Below, piece by piece: positions 28,039 through 41,425 of a stretch of 64,000 nucleotides of DNA. Positions within the stretch are counted from its first letter, which is position 1. The number at the start of each line of letters is the position of its first letter. The stretch lies in NCBI GenBank assembly GCA_965112155.1, contig OZ218114.1; one strand, given 5' to 3'. The DNA comes from Podarcis liolepis (Eukaryota). The position numbers and the translations under genes are program-made. The notes under the pieces were generated by a model, which saw only the letters and a program-made list of their open reading frames with translations, was not told the origin of the DNA and did no database searches.

Positions 28039-28909
28039 CTTTAGGAGGTGTTGGCCAGTTTTACACCATGAGGGATGAAAGCCACTGCTATACTGTGAAA
28101 CAAGATTGTTCATTCTTCTAATCAAGAGTGCTATGTTTGCATGTAGGACTCTATCTACAGGACATTTCATCAGTCCCAGATTTAACCACAGAGATCAATT
28201 TGCCTTTCCTGACTCAAACTCATTAAAAACTAAACTAAACTGGTTTTCTGTACTCAGCTGGATTGGCCTTGAGGTCAATCCTGGTGTGTAATAAAAGGGA
28301 CTAAACTGTTTCTATGTTCCCCTTTGCAATAGCCTTGGGCACCTGAATCTATTGGGTATTTCCCCACAATTCCTGGTAAGTGCCATTGACAATAAACATT
28401 GTGCTGTGGTTTAGAATGGCCTCTCAAGAGGAGTCCATAGTACAGTACAGGGGAAAATGCTGTGCCACTGACAATGCAGTCCTTTGCATGTCAGCTCAGT
28501 GGAGTTTATTCCCAACTGTATGTACAGGGTCGCAGCCCATTATATAACATATAATAAAACCAAACTCAGAACCAGTAGAACTGGCCAGTCATGATGTAAA
28601 CATTTCCAACTCTCTCAATAGCAGTTCACACTAGGCTGCCCTGCCAGAAAATATTCTCCTGCTTATCCTGGCTATGGGACAGGGGTGTCTCCATATAATA
28701 GCTTGTCTCTTTTTTTCAATATTTCACTTTTGGGGGGGGAGGTGGATTGATTGCAAGTTTCTAATCGGCTTCCGCAAACTGTTTGTTGTTGTTGTTTTCT
28801 TTCTGTTTCTTTCTCCTCTCCTTCCTCCTTTTTTACTTTTAACCAAACCAAAACCATTACATTACTCAATTAAAAATGGCACCTGTGTTAAATTGGGTCA
28901 CCATGACAG

Positions 28910-29012
28910 CCGGAGAACCTGCTTCTGGCCAGCAAATGCAAAGGAGCGGCGGTGAAGTTGGCAGACTTCGGCTTGGCGATTGAGGTGCAAGGAGACCAGC
29001 AGGCCTGGTTTG
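28910..29012 (+). CDS. CAMK2B: CAMK2B exon 7 (103 nt): [34 protein letters not shown](G)
   Basis: gacag| acceptor, g|gtgagt donor, contains the DFG motif. Confidence 0.97.
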
Positions 29013-29065
29013 GTGAGTGCCGGACGGAGTTGCTCCCCTCCCCCTTTCTCAGTTTGCTTTGCTGA

Positions 29066-29332
<267 letters not shown>

Positions 29333-29574
29333 TGATAAGCTACAGAAGATGGGTCTTTAGAGAAAGTAGCCCTGGGTATAGATTTTCAGATCTGGGACCA
29401 CCTCTAGCCCAAACATTTGCTTATTCCTTGTTCTTATCAACAGGCACTTTGATTTATATTCTGCCTCATTTTTAGAACTGTCAGGGTGGCTCACAGCATA
29501 ATAAAACACCACAGTACTAAAACCAACAAAACTACTAAAAACTGGATTAGGAGGAAAGTCACTTTATTTTTTGC

Positions 29575-29617
<43 letters not shown>
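29575..29617. repeat. (AAT)n microsatellite
   Basis: Direct reading. Confidence 0.95.
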
Positions 29618-29618
<1 letters not shown>

Positions 29619-30983
29619 GTGTGAACCAATTGCAGCTCCAATGGTCTAGAAAAGGTCTTCAGCCTTTTCAGACGTGGGGCACACCTTGACCCAAACATGC
29701 ATATGGGACCTCATTTCTTGATTTCTCCCTTTATAGTACTTTTCTTGTGGCCCACCTTAAATCTGACTGTGACCCAGTAGTCGGTTTTTCTGACCCAACA
29801 GGTGGAAGACCGATGCACTGGATGACTCGGTCATCTCAGTTGCTTTACCACAAATTTGGGGTTGCTGAGTTTCTCCACACACTTTTTATCCCTCTCCCCA
29901 TTACTTTTCTATTAATTTTGTAGCAACAGCTATCAGTTTAAGTGAGAGAGGTAGCCTAACACTTTAATCAAACTAATAAGCAGTGGGGTAGATCATTTCC
30001 GATGTGACGATCCTGTATTAAATGTGAATAGCCCTTCTTTTTTTAAAGTGGTGCCCTCAGAGCCCAAAAGCATTGTCTTTCCTTCAGAGAGGCCTTGGTG
30101 GGTCCTTGACTCCTAGCATAGGATGGTTGTTCTCATAACTGAACCCTCCTATTTGTATTAGATCGGATTTTATAGGTATTATTTTGTAGGTATTAGTTGG
30201 CTGACAGTCTTGCTTTCAGAAGGATACATTTACAAGACAGTCTCAACCTGCACTTGGGGAATGCAGAGGTGCCAGGAGCACAAAGGCAGAGAATTGGTAT
30301 TTACATAGATTGTGACCGCCCTGATAGCATCATGAGCACAGATCATCATGAATGCAGAATAGAAAGGACATTGAAAGGGACTCCTGCTGTAGCACTGGCA
30401 AGGTCTTACACTAGGTAGCAACCAGAGGATTCTCATGTACTTCATCTGTACGCCCTTGAAATTACTATGCAACTGAACCCAGGAAGCTGCCTTATGCCAA
30501 GTCAGTCTATTTGCCCATATAGCTCAAGGATGGATAAACTGTATCCCTCCAGATGTTGTTGGATTCCTTCAGCCCCAGCTGGCATGGCCAATGGCTAGAA
30601 TTGTAGTCCCAACACACTGGAATGGGTTCCTCATCCCAGATTTAGCTCATCCCTTTTAGTTTTTGACTGGTAGCAGCTCTGTAGATTTTCAGACAGGAGC
30701 CTTTCCCAGCTGTCTGTCTGGAGAAGCTAGGGATTGTACCTGGGTTCTTCTGCAAGCAATGCATCTGCTCTAGCCCTGGATGTCAGTCACTGAAGAACCT
30801 CGGAGACCATTGCTAGCCCATACCAAACTGAGGGCTACACCCTTTCCTTCCACTACACAGGCTTCTCTGTAAGTTGGGCATCAGGATGAGAAGATTCAGG
30901 ATTGTATAACTTTGTTTTCAAACAGGGGAAATGTGTATATTTCCACTTTTCCTTCCTCCTATTCCACTGTGCCAGAATGGTAA

Positions 30984-31220
<237 letters not shown>

Positions 31221-31609
31221 TAGGCATTAATGTCATGGGAACCAAAGGAGCAGAGCAACACGCTAGGAGTCACATGCACTCTCGTTTTAAGGCTGTTTCC
31301 TCTAACAGAAGCTAGGAACACTTGCATTTCTTTCTGATGCCTCTGAGCCAGTATGCTTTGAAACTGTGTATTGTGTAAAAAGTACACTTCATGCCTACTC
31401 CTCTAAGGGCTTCCTACGGGTCAGATAAACCAGATTATGGGACCAATTTGATATGGGGGAATCTGGGCAACCCTGGAACCCTTCCTGATGTATTTGGCTG
31501 CTTTAGGGGTTTGAAAATAAATGCTAGCCTGTTGGATGGTAGCGTTCTCCTTCTTTGATACTGATGTGTCCTCGACCATAACCTTCGTGTAATGCCTTCT
31601 AATCCTCAG

Positions 31610-31732
31610 TTTCCTTCTCCTGAGTGGGACACAGTCACTCCCGAAGCAAAAAACCTCATAAACCAGATGTTAACCATCAATCCAGCAAAGAGAATCACAG
31701 CTCACGAAGCTCTAAAACATCCATGGGTCTGT
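31610..31732 (+). CDS. CAMK2B: CAMK2B exon 10 (123 nt): [41 protein letters not shown]
   Basis: cctcag| acceptor, tgt|gtaagt donor; peptide visible in ORF 31592..31795. Confidence 0.97.
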
Positions 31733-32374
31733 GTAAGTGTCACTCGCGCTCCTGTCTTGTTGATAACCAACATTCACCTACTCGTTCAGGGCTGAATAGT
31801 TAAGAGGCTCTGAAGTAACCTTATTTAATTTCCTTAGAGATCTCAGTATGCTTTCTAAGGCTGCATATGGTAGCAAAAAAAATGATGAGGATTGTAAGTA
31901 ATATGGGGTGCTTTGACAGATGCCCAGCATTGTCTATAGCAGGGATGGGGAACCTGTGGCCTCTGGATGTTGTTGGACTCCCAGCTTCCATCAGCCGCAA
32001 CCAGCATGGCTGGCCCAATGGTCAGGGACAGTGGAGATGGAATGCAACAACTGTTGAAGGGTAGCAGCTTCCATGGGTAGACCTGTTCTGGGCAAAGGTT
32101 CTATATCAACCTTAGCTGTAAAATTGCACATCAGGTTTGATATCTGACTCCCAACTTTTGAATATACTTTGGCAAGTTGGCCAAAAGAACTACATATAGC
32201 AGCCACAGGATCCAGATCCTCAATAGATATAATAGCCTGGGGTTTTTTTGACAGAACTGCCATTGTCCAGCAGATCCAGACTGCATCACAGTTATGTGCA
32301 CAGGCCTTAATTTCATACAGAATCACACATAAAAGAGCCATGTAGGTGTGTCTGAGAGGTTCAGTGGGAATTAA

Positions 32375-32653
<279 letters not shown>

Positions 32654-32683
32654 TGAATTCCTTTTGTAAGACCTTTTAAGAGG

Positions 32684-32866
32684 AGGGCCATAGCTCAGTG
32701 GTAGAACATCGGCTTTGCATGCAGAAGGTACCAGGCTCAGTTCTTGGCATCTTTAGGGCTGGGAAAGACTCCTTGCTTGAAAACCTGGAGAAGTGCCGCC
32801 AGTCAGTGTGGACAATACTGAGCCGGGTGAATCATTGGCCTAACTCGGTATGAGGCAACTTCCTAT
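32684..32866 (+). mobile_element. tRNA(Ala)-like-headed SINE
   Basis: gggccatagctcagtggtagaacatcggctttgcatgcagaagg head, body ending cttcctatg. Confidence 0.85.
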
Positions 32867-33073
32867 GAAACAAGAAATAAACTACCAACTCACCCAAACT
32901 GAGGTCGAAACTACAGTCTGAAATAATATTTCTGTTTAGAAGGTGGGTGCATCATGCTTTCTGTGCTAAGCTCCATGAAACCAGACTAGTCCAGTATCTT
33001 GTTCCCAAAGTGGCCAACCTCCCAGTGACGTTTGCTCAAGGGCATACTGCCTCTCTGACCTGGAAACTGCATA

Positions 33074-33407
33074 CAGTGGTGCCTCGCAAGACGAAAAGAA
33101 TCCGTTCTGTGATTCTCTTCGTCTAGCGGTTTTTTCGTCTTGCGAAGCAAGCCCATTGACGGATTAGCGGATTAGCGCTTTTAGCGGCTTTTAGCGGCTT
33201 ATCGGCTTATCAGATCAGCTGATAAGCGGCTTAGCGGCTTAGAAAAAGGGGGGGAGGGGGAAAAACCCGCAGGAACTCGCAAGACATTTTCATCTTGCGA
33301 AGCAAGCCCATAGGAGATTCGTTTTGCGAAGCACCTCCAAAACGGAAAACTCTTTCGTCTAGCGAGTTTTCCGTCTTGCAAGGCATTCATCTTGCGGGGC
33401 ACCACTG
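33074..33407. mobile_element. Tc1/mariner(pogo)-type MITE
   Basis: TIRs cagtggtgcctcgcaagacgaa / ttcatcttgcggggcaccactg, TA on both sides, no transposase. Confidence 0.9.
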
Positions 33408-33540
33408 TATAGCCATCTTAACTAGTAGCCACTGGTAACTTTATGCTGCATCATTTTGTCTCGTCCCCTTTCAAAGCCTTCCAAGTTGGCAACCATCTCT
33501 ACAAGTTATGGTGGTGAATTATCACATGATATGTGTTCTC

Positions 33541-33894
33541 AGATGGGTGGCTCTGTGGGTTAAACCACAGAGCCTAGCACTTGCCAATCAGAAGGTCGGC
33601 GGTTTGAATCCCCACAACAGGGTGAGCTCCCATTGCTTGGCCCCTGCTCCTGCCAACCTAGCAGTTCGAAAGCACATCAAAGTGCAAGTAGATAAATAGC
33701 TACCGCCCCGGCGGGAAGGTAAACGGCGGTTCTGTGCGCTGCTCTGGTTCGCCAGAAGCGGCTTAGTCATGCTGGCCACATGACCCAGAAGCTGTACGCT
33801 GGCTCCCTCGGCCAATAAAGCGAGATGAGCGCCACAATCCCAGAGTCGGTCATGACTGGACCTAATGGTCAGGGGTCCCTTTACCTTTACCTTT
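33541..33894 (+). mobile_element. Sauria-type SINE, full length
   Basis: tRNA-like head with A/B-box-like motifs, ends in tttacctttaccttt, flanked by repeated tgttctcagat (probable TSD). Confidence 0.9.
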
Positions 33895-34559
33895 TATGTT
33901 CTCAGATATGGGGGAACTTAAAAATGCAATGGAATACACACCAGTGTGAATTTTTAGTCTCAGAGTGGTTCTTAGAGACCTGAAAGTCCTTCAGCATTTT
34001 ACACAGACTTTTATGCTAAGGCAGGATTATTCCTAGCCAGACCCATCTAATAGATTGAACAACTCAGACCTATCACTGCTACTTTAGAAATGAGGATGCA
34101 GGACTTAGAAAATTACTTTTGCTCCTTTTGCATTGCATAGTCTAGGTTTACACAGACATACTTTATTCTTTCCCCATTCTATAACTGACTGGTATGCAAA
34201 AAACAGTTTGGGAACAAGCAGTTATGGCAAAATTAACTTATTATTTAAGGAGCAGGCAAGGGAAACAAAGAAAAGATTAGTTTACAAAAAATTGGATAGA
34301 CTATTCAGCATAGCAGATCTAGAGGGTACATCTCTAATGTGTGTTACGCTTTTTCATTTCCCTGAGATGTTAAAGTTGATTTGGAAATTAATAATTTGGA
34401 AAAGTGGGTAAAACATTGTTTTCTGAGATACAGCGTATTTAAGTATTGGATTTCTCTAATGATTAGATATAAAATAAAATTATTTGCTGTTTGTATATGT
34501 TTATAACTTGCTGTTGCATTCATTTTTCCTTTAAGTAATGTATTGCTATTTGTGGTAAT

Positions 34560-34610
<51 letters not shown>
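34560..34610. repeat. (AAC)n microsatellite
   Basis: Direct reading; about 130 nt upstream of exon 12. Confidence 0.95.
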
Positions 34611-34611
<1 letters not shown>

Positions 34612-34741
34612 TATTTACCCTTCTCGCACTCCCCCCCAACCTTTTCATCTGTGATACGTTTTCTTAAAAAGCGCTTAAAAATTATTTTTTTAAAATTCTT
34701 TCTGACTTGCCCCCAACATCTTTTTTTAATTTCTCTTTTAG

Positions 34742-34784
34742 GGTGCAATTCTTACCACTATGCTGGCAACGAGAAACTTTTCAG
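34742..34784 (+). CDS. CAMK2B: CAMK2B exon 12 (43 nt): GAILTTMLATRNFS (calmodulin-binding segment)
   Basis: ttttag| acceptor, cag|gtgaga donor, phase 0/1. Confidence 0.97.
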
Positions 34785-37667
34785 GTGAGAGATTTGCTTT
34801 GCTTAACGAAGAGAAAAGAAACCTATTCACACTTCAGCAGTTTCCATTTCCCTTTAAATTTGTTTATTTATTTAACTAACTAACTCGCACACCTTCTAAC
34901 TGAGGCAGTCTTCAGATGGGTCCTCACAGGTGCAACGACTGTCAAAGCTGCTCCGCTAATATAGATTTTGTTCATTAACCTTGGTCTTGGTGTGTGACAT
35001 TCGTTCTCCTCTTTCTCGTATCCTGGTGCTCTCTGGCACGGCAGTATTGTGATGCGGAAAGTTGTATGTCGGGACCAGGAATCGAACGCAAAACTATTTT
35101 CGTTGACTGGATGTCAAGTCCATCTCTGCACATGAAGCCAAGATGAGAGAAAGGAAGTGTGCTCTGGAATGCCCTCCTCATACACGCTTTCTTCCAAGAA
35201 CTCTGACTAGCTTCCTTCTGACCTCTGTACTTGTCCCCCACTGCCGTTCCCCTCCTCTGCGAAAGCCTTAACAACACAATCAGTCAAAGCGGTTTGATTT
35301 AGTGCTGCATATTCCAGATCCCTGGATGATTCCAGATGACCTATTTATTGAACATTCATCCTCATCTGTTTGCAGGGAGATTAGACCACGAGGGCTATTT
35401 AAAGAGCATTCATTCTGATTTGTTTGTGAAGAGGTTAGATGATGCAAGTCCCACATTTCCCAGTGCATTTTCATGTCACTTTCCGTATTGCAAGTGATCC
35501 AGTCTTTTCAGAAGTGTTGTTCCGCGACACCTCCAAGTCAGCTTTGGATTTGCTTGTATGCGGTTGAATACCACCTGAAAATAGAGACTGTCTGGAAGCA
35601 GCCCCTGTTCTTGCAGAAATGCAGGTTTCCCAGGATTTCTGGATCTATCTCTGCCCCCCACCCCCCATATTTTCTACTCAGCGCTGTGCCATTTCAGGAG
35701 GGAGCCAATCCCCATTTCTCTTGTCTTCTAGGCTACATGTAATTATCCTTCAGGATCATTTGTTTTTCTAGTTCTTAAGAAGTACAAAAAGTAATCATAA
35801 CAAATGCTCTCAAAATACACAACTTGATTGCAATTTAATATATTCTTCATATGTATCAAAGAGCTCGCTTTCAGGCTTTGTCGCAAATCTTGCCTGCTGC
35901 CCCCACTCCAATGAAATGTCTTTGATCCTGCCTCTGAGATCTGAAATGGTATTCCTGCTACTTCCATATTTTCTCAGTTGCATTTTTTTAATAAAAAAAA
36001 ATCTAGGTAATATAATAGTAGATCGGACACTACAAAGGCACAAGTGTTGAGCTGTTGCATATTAACACTTCTGGTTTGGTTTTCCTTAAAATGCAGGGGT
36101 ACTGTGTGTCTCCCCACCCCCCCACCCCCCATGGTATTTCCTGTTTTGGTTGATGCTCATCATCAGATCAATCAGAGAGGCTTCTAAAAAAGCAAAGTGC
36201 TGATCCCAGGGGAGAGGAACTGCTGTCCCTGGTTAGAAAAGTTACCATCAGCTTCTGCGTTTTAAAAGAGAAAAGAGGGTGTATGATGGCTGAGTAGATT
36301 CCTCAAGCAAGAATCCACCCACTCACACTGTTTCTCCGTCCTCACTTTCCTGCAGGGCTTCCTTTCCCATCATTGTCCATGGGCCTAATCAAGACTCCAT
36401 GGATTTATAGCGAAGAATGACAGAATCCACATTCCACAACTAGGAAATCCAAATTCCGCAAGCATGAAAGAAACACACATTTCCTAATACTATATCTGTA
36501 TCTATTGAGAATACTGACTATGGAAGTGTGACCTGTCTGATTCAGAACACAGAATATATACCTCCTCTTTGTGGAATTTGAAATTTCTGGACAGAAATTG
36601 GGTGTTGATGAACAAAGTGGCAAGGAAGAAGCGGCATTTTGAAGGTGTTGAGGAAGAGAAAGGAAAGATGGCCATAGAGTGTTGGGGGGGGGGGAGTGTG
36701 ATCTTTGGCAATAAATAATTCACAGACTACTCACAGAATGTTGATAGCTGGAGGGATTGACAAAATCTCCTGAAATTTTAGCTAGGGTAGCCTGTCTGAT
36801 CTTCCCAGTTGGAAAGCAGATAAAGTGTACAATGCGTCTGTCTTCTACCACCAACTTTTCCCCTGGAATAATTTTATAACAAGTGCCAAATTCCACAGAT
36901 TTTATGTAGTTACAGAATTACTGAGTGAACAGTGTCCTAAGCTAGCTCTGAGGCCTCCAGACTTGCCATTTAGGTTCCTATTCCTTGTGTCATTAGCTTC
37001 AGAGCAATCGCAGAAGAGAACTCAGAAATGGCATTAATAGCTAATCAATTATTATTATCTTAGGGCTTTAATACTCCCAAGAAGCTCAGGAAACCAGCTG
37101 CAGAAGCAATGTATGGCTGCCATACGTCTTGTGCCGCATAATGATTTATGACTCTAGCAATTGCAAGCCCAACAGTGAGAATCCTTCTTAAATGTTCCAC
37201 ACACCTTATCATTTCTGCTACTTTTGGTGGCATAGTTTAGTTCTGGTGATAATTATCACTCTTCCTTTTCTGAACTCGGGATATAAGGATCAATAGCCTC
37301 CTAGACTATCTTCCTAGTGTTTACAGAATTGTTTATTGTGTGGTCAGGATACCGTGTCCCCCTACCTAATACTGCACAGGATGGCGTCTCCAGAGCAGTG
37401 AAACAAGACATATAGGAATAACTCTGGATCACATGGAAAAGACCCATGGATTGTGTAAAGTCAATGCACGTTTGCTACCAATAGTCACGCCTCTTCATCT
37501 CAACTTTTAACTCTAATCTTTTTCTGCTTCCTTTGTCTCTTTCCCCTTCTTTATTTCCCCCTCTCTCTTCCTCTCTTTCTCTCTCTCTGTTCCTCTCTAA
37601 CTCTTTCCCCATCCCTTTCCCTATTTGCTGTCCTTTACTTCTTTGTTTCCCTACCTGGTGCTAACAG

Positions 37668-37748
37668 TGGGCAGACAGACCACCGCTCCTGCCACAATGT
37701 CTGCAGCAGCAGCAGCCTCCGGTGCCACCATGGGTTTGGTGGAGCAAG
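37668..37748 (+). CDS. CAMK2B: CAMK2B linker exon 13 (81 nt, F-actin-binding cassette): VGRQTTAPATMSAAAAASGATMGLVEQ
   Basis: Long pyrimidine tract + taacag| acceptor, aag|gtagat donor, phase 1/1, beta-specific peptide. Confidence 0.95.
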
Positions 37749-38170
37749 GTAGATGTGTCCGGAAGAGACTCGCCTCACTTCCCCTTTCTCACTTTGAAAT
37801 TTGAGCGCATGATGTGTCATTCACCATCACCACCGCATCCCACCCTGTTTTAAGAGTCTGGGGATACCTTTTGTTGTAACTAGTAGCAAAGTTAAGAGTC
37901 AGGGCCACCTGTAAATAATTCCAGAACATTTAATCAAGTTGCAGGAACAGTGTCATGAAAAGGTCATAGGGAAACATATGAAACAACCCGTAAGGATTCT
38001 GTATGACTGAGATTGGCTGGTGCTAAAATGATGCTGTTATCTCAGAGAGTTAAGCAAGGCAAATATAGGAGACCATTAATGGAAGAGGAGATGCATGCTT
38101 TGTGTGGTGGAGGTCATGGTGCTGGAACAGCTTTCAGTTTTGTGGTTAGGCATTATCTCTATCTCTAGCT

Positions 38171-38209
38171 ACACACACACACACAGACACACACACACAC
38201 ACACACACA
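38171..38209. repeat. (AC)n microsatellite
   Basis: Direct reading. Confidence 0.95.
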
Positions 38210-38901
38210 TTTGTATACATAAATTTATATATACATACACAAATGCTACAAGTGACTGTTAAGAAATATTGTTTAGCAGAGCGATGGGGGAACCTGTGTC
38301 TTTCCAGTTGTTGTTGGTTTTCAACTCTCATCAGCTTCAGTCAGCATGATCCAATGGCTAGGGCTGGTGGAAGTTGCAATCCAACAACATCTGGAGGGCC
38401 ACAGATTTCCCAACCATGATTTAGCACCTATAATGAGCCAAGTGCAGGGAGCTAAGGGAGAAAGAGGACAATTTGCTTCCTGTTGGTCACATTCAACACC
38501 TACTTGACTTTTGCCCTAGCATGCTCTGCATGTCCCATGCAAGATACAGAAGATGAAATGCTGCCTGTTTTCTGGCAAGTCACCTTCCCATCAGAAAATA
38601 CTGTCATTTATCACTGGACTAATCCAGGAATGGGGAATCCTTTGCACCCCATAGGTTGTTGGGCTACAACTCCCATTGTCCCTGAGCATTGGCCATGCTG
38701 GTTGGTGCTGATGGGAGCTGGAATCCACCAACTTCTGAAGAGCTGCAGGTTCCCCATCTCTGCTCCAGGCAGTGTTCAGATTATAGAGGAAATTATTGGG
38801 GACAGTGGGAACTTAACAAAATCCTCTGACCCTGCATTCCTCTTGTTCCATTTTAGCCAAGACCCATGCATAGCCTTTGAAAACATAATCTAAGTAGTAC
38901 A

Positions 38902-39032
38902 CAGTGCCCCCAGGGGTACTGAAGGGTATTCAGTACCAGCACCTCTTTTTGTTGTTATTAAAAAGTGTGCCACTTCCTGTAACAACTTCATGGCAGGTAC
39001 CGGCACCTATTTTTCTAGAGAAAAAAGCACTG
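38902..39032. mobile_element. hAT-like non-autonomous element
   Basis: cagtgc...gcactg termini with near-identical 8-bp flanks gtagtaca/gtggtaca. Confidence 0.65.
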
Positions 39033-41323
39033 GTGGTACATCACAAAAAGAATGCTCCTCTTCAAGTAATCTGACTACTGGTTTTAGGTAGGAAGGAGTG
39101 CCTTGTGCATGCATGTTTTTTGCCCGAGTGGCACCATTTTATTCATCACAGTCCAAAAGCAGCATGCAAGAGAGTTGTGTGCACTTATCTGACAATTATC
39201 CCAAGAAATGAGAGGTCCATTCAGAACGGTCTGTGATGAGACAGAGGCTTCCAGGGTAAGCCTTCATGTCCTAGTGGGAGAAGCCAGTGGTGTTGCGTCC
39301 TTTGCTAGTGCCTGGGGTCTGCATGTATATACCTATGCATCAGGTGGGACCAGGGGCTGGGTGCAGAGGATGAACAAAAGCCGCCACACCAGCTCAACCC
39401 TTGCCACCACCACTGGACAGACACGGGACACAGAGGATTTATGGGCTGTGCTGCGCTGTGCCGCCTGCTTGCCCACTAAGGGGGGAGACCGACTGACCAA
39501 TGCGGCCCTTCTTGGGCGCATCCCCCAATGTTGACTGGGCAGTCATTCAACGAGGGGGGCAGGGGCGTGATGGCAAGGCCAGGCTGGGCTCCGGGGCCCA
39601 GAGACCCCCAGTGGCAGGCAGGGTGGGCATCCCTGTGGAGTGGCAGGCACCTGGCTCGCGCCCCCTCAAAATCATGTGCCTGGGGCTATGCCCCTCCCAG
39701 CCCTACCCATGCTATGCCCCTGGGAGAGGCAACTGCCAGGCTGAAAGCAACCACTCACATACTATTTGGGTCAGTGCAGATCCCTGAGTGACTAAGAAGC
39801 ACATTTCGCCTGGCCAGCACCCACAGGCTGAGCCACTCCGGGGAGAGCATTCCACAGATGGGGAGCCACCACAGAAAAGGCCTATTCTCGTGCTGTCCCT
39901 CTGCTGGCTTCTTACCTAATATGCAACCATCAGGAAATGAGAGGCTGCCCTTGCGACCTTTGCAGTGATGCAGTGGGCCCAGTGGTGACCTCATTTCTGG
40001 TGGTCTGCCTGCCTGCCAGTTCATCAGCTGGAGACCTCAGGGTGAGAGGTGGTCAACTAGTTTGCCTGGGCAGGGCGAGTAGGAAATGGAGGGTGTCATG
40101 ATCCTAGCTCAAGTGCAGCTTGAGGAGTCCAGCCCCATCAGTTTTTGGTCAATGAATGTGTAAGTAGCACATAATTATTTTCTGCTACAGCAATGAACAG
40201 AATTGCACTGGAGTTGTTTAATTGCCTGCAGTGAAGCACCACTACTGGTCCTTAGTCCCATTGGACACGGCAGTACTTTTGGTGCTGGTTCTTTCAAAAG
40301 CATAGGCAAAATTTACAGGAATTTTGGAATATTGTGCTCTTTGCTTAGTAGGTCATTCACACCAACTGGGCATATGTGCATTCATAATGCTGCAGAAAAG
40401 TATGTATTCCTGAAATAATAATAAATTTATTATTAAAGCAGGGGTGGGGAATGATCTTTTTATCTCTGACAATTGGACATGCTGGTGAGGGGTGATGGGA
40501 GTTGAAGTCCAATAACATCTGGAGGGCCATAGATTCCCCACCCATGATTTAAAGCATTTCTCCTTAAGTTTTTAGTATTTTAACACTGCTCGCTATACCA
40601 GTGAGTGAAAGATAGGCACTTTCCCCTGCAGAACTGCAGAACATAGCTGACAGGTACTATAATCTTAAAATATAATTGTGCATATGTGTTCATGAGCCAT
40701 AAAAGCACACATTCCTATGCAGCTCTGCACATTCAGTCTTTGGGCCTTGGTAGGATGAAGGAAGTTATACTTTTCCTCTGTAGACATCTGGCAACACTCC
40801 ACTAAGGTTGATTTTCCTTGCTTGGCATGTAGAAGGAAGCCTCTTATAGATCAGTCATATTGATGACTTAATTTTGTTAACTAGAATAAAGTGTGGTCTA
40901 ATCATTTTTTTTCTCTCGTGCAAACTTGTCTCACCCTGCTTCTCCCCTTCTTTGTTGCAACCTATAATGAGCGTGTTTTGGTGCCTTCAATAAGATTAGT
41001 TATACTTGGGGAGTGTGGTCCCAGTGTCCACCTGTCCTCAAATGGAAACTAGGTGTGACTATTTATGCCTATTTCTAAGGCAATAATACCGAGAAGTTGG
41101 AGAGCTTCCCATTGCTTTAAATACATTTGATAACGTTTGGGATTCTCCATGTAGTCAATTATATGATTATATAATTGATTGTATCTGCCCCGCATTGACT
41201 GTAGGCCTGCAGCTCAAACTTAGATTGTTTTCCTGGCCTTCGACTGGTCTTAGGCTTAGTTATCCCATATGTAAAATGGTGGTAATAGCAAGCTCTAATT
41301 GTTTTGAGGATAGAACAATGATT

Positions 41324-41425
41324 AATAATAATAATAATAATAATAATATGCCATCCATCTGACTGGGTTTCCCCAGCGACTCTGGGCGGCTCCCAACAAA
41401 ATATTAAAAACACAATAAGACATCG
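41324..41425 (-). mobile_element. Extreme 3' end of the same L2 family
   Basis: (AAT)n followed by atctgactgggtttccccagc..gggcggct, shared with 16100-16140. Confidence 0.75.

Noticed and set aside
32684-32760. tRNA-Ala gene (also at 4268, 12341, 53090)
   Set aside because: Degenerate stems and T-loop, and each is followed by a shared non-tRNA body, so these are SINE heads.
39340-39730. GC-rich patch as CpG-island promoter
   Set aside because: Short, CpG only modestly enriched, and the end resembles a decayed DNA-transposon terminus; cannot support a promoter call.
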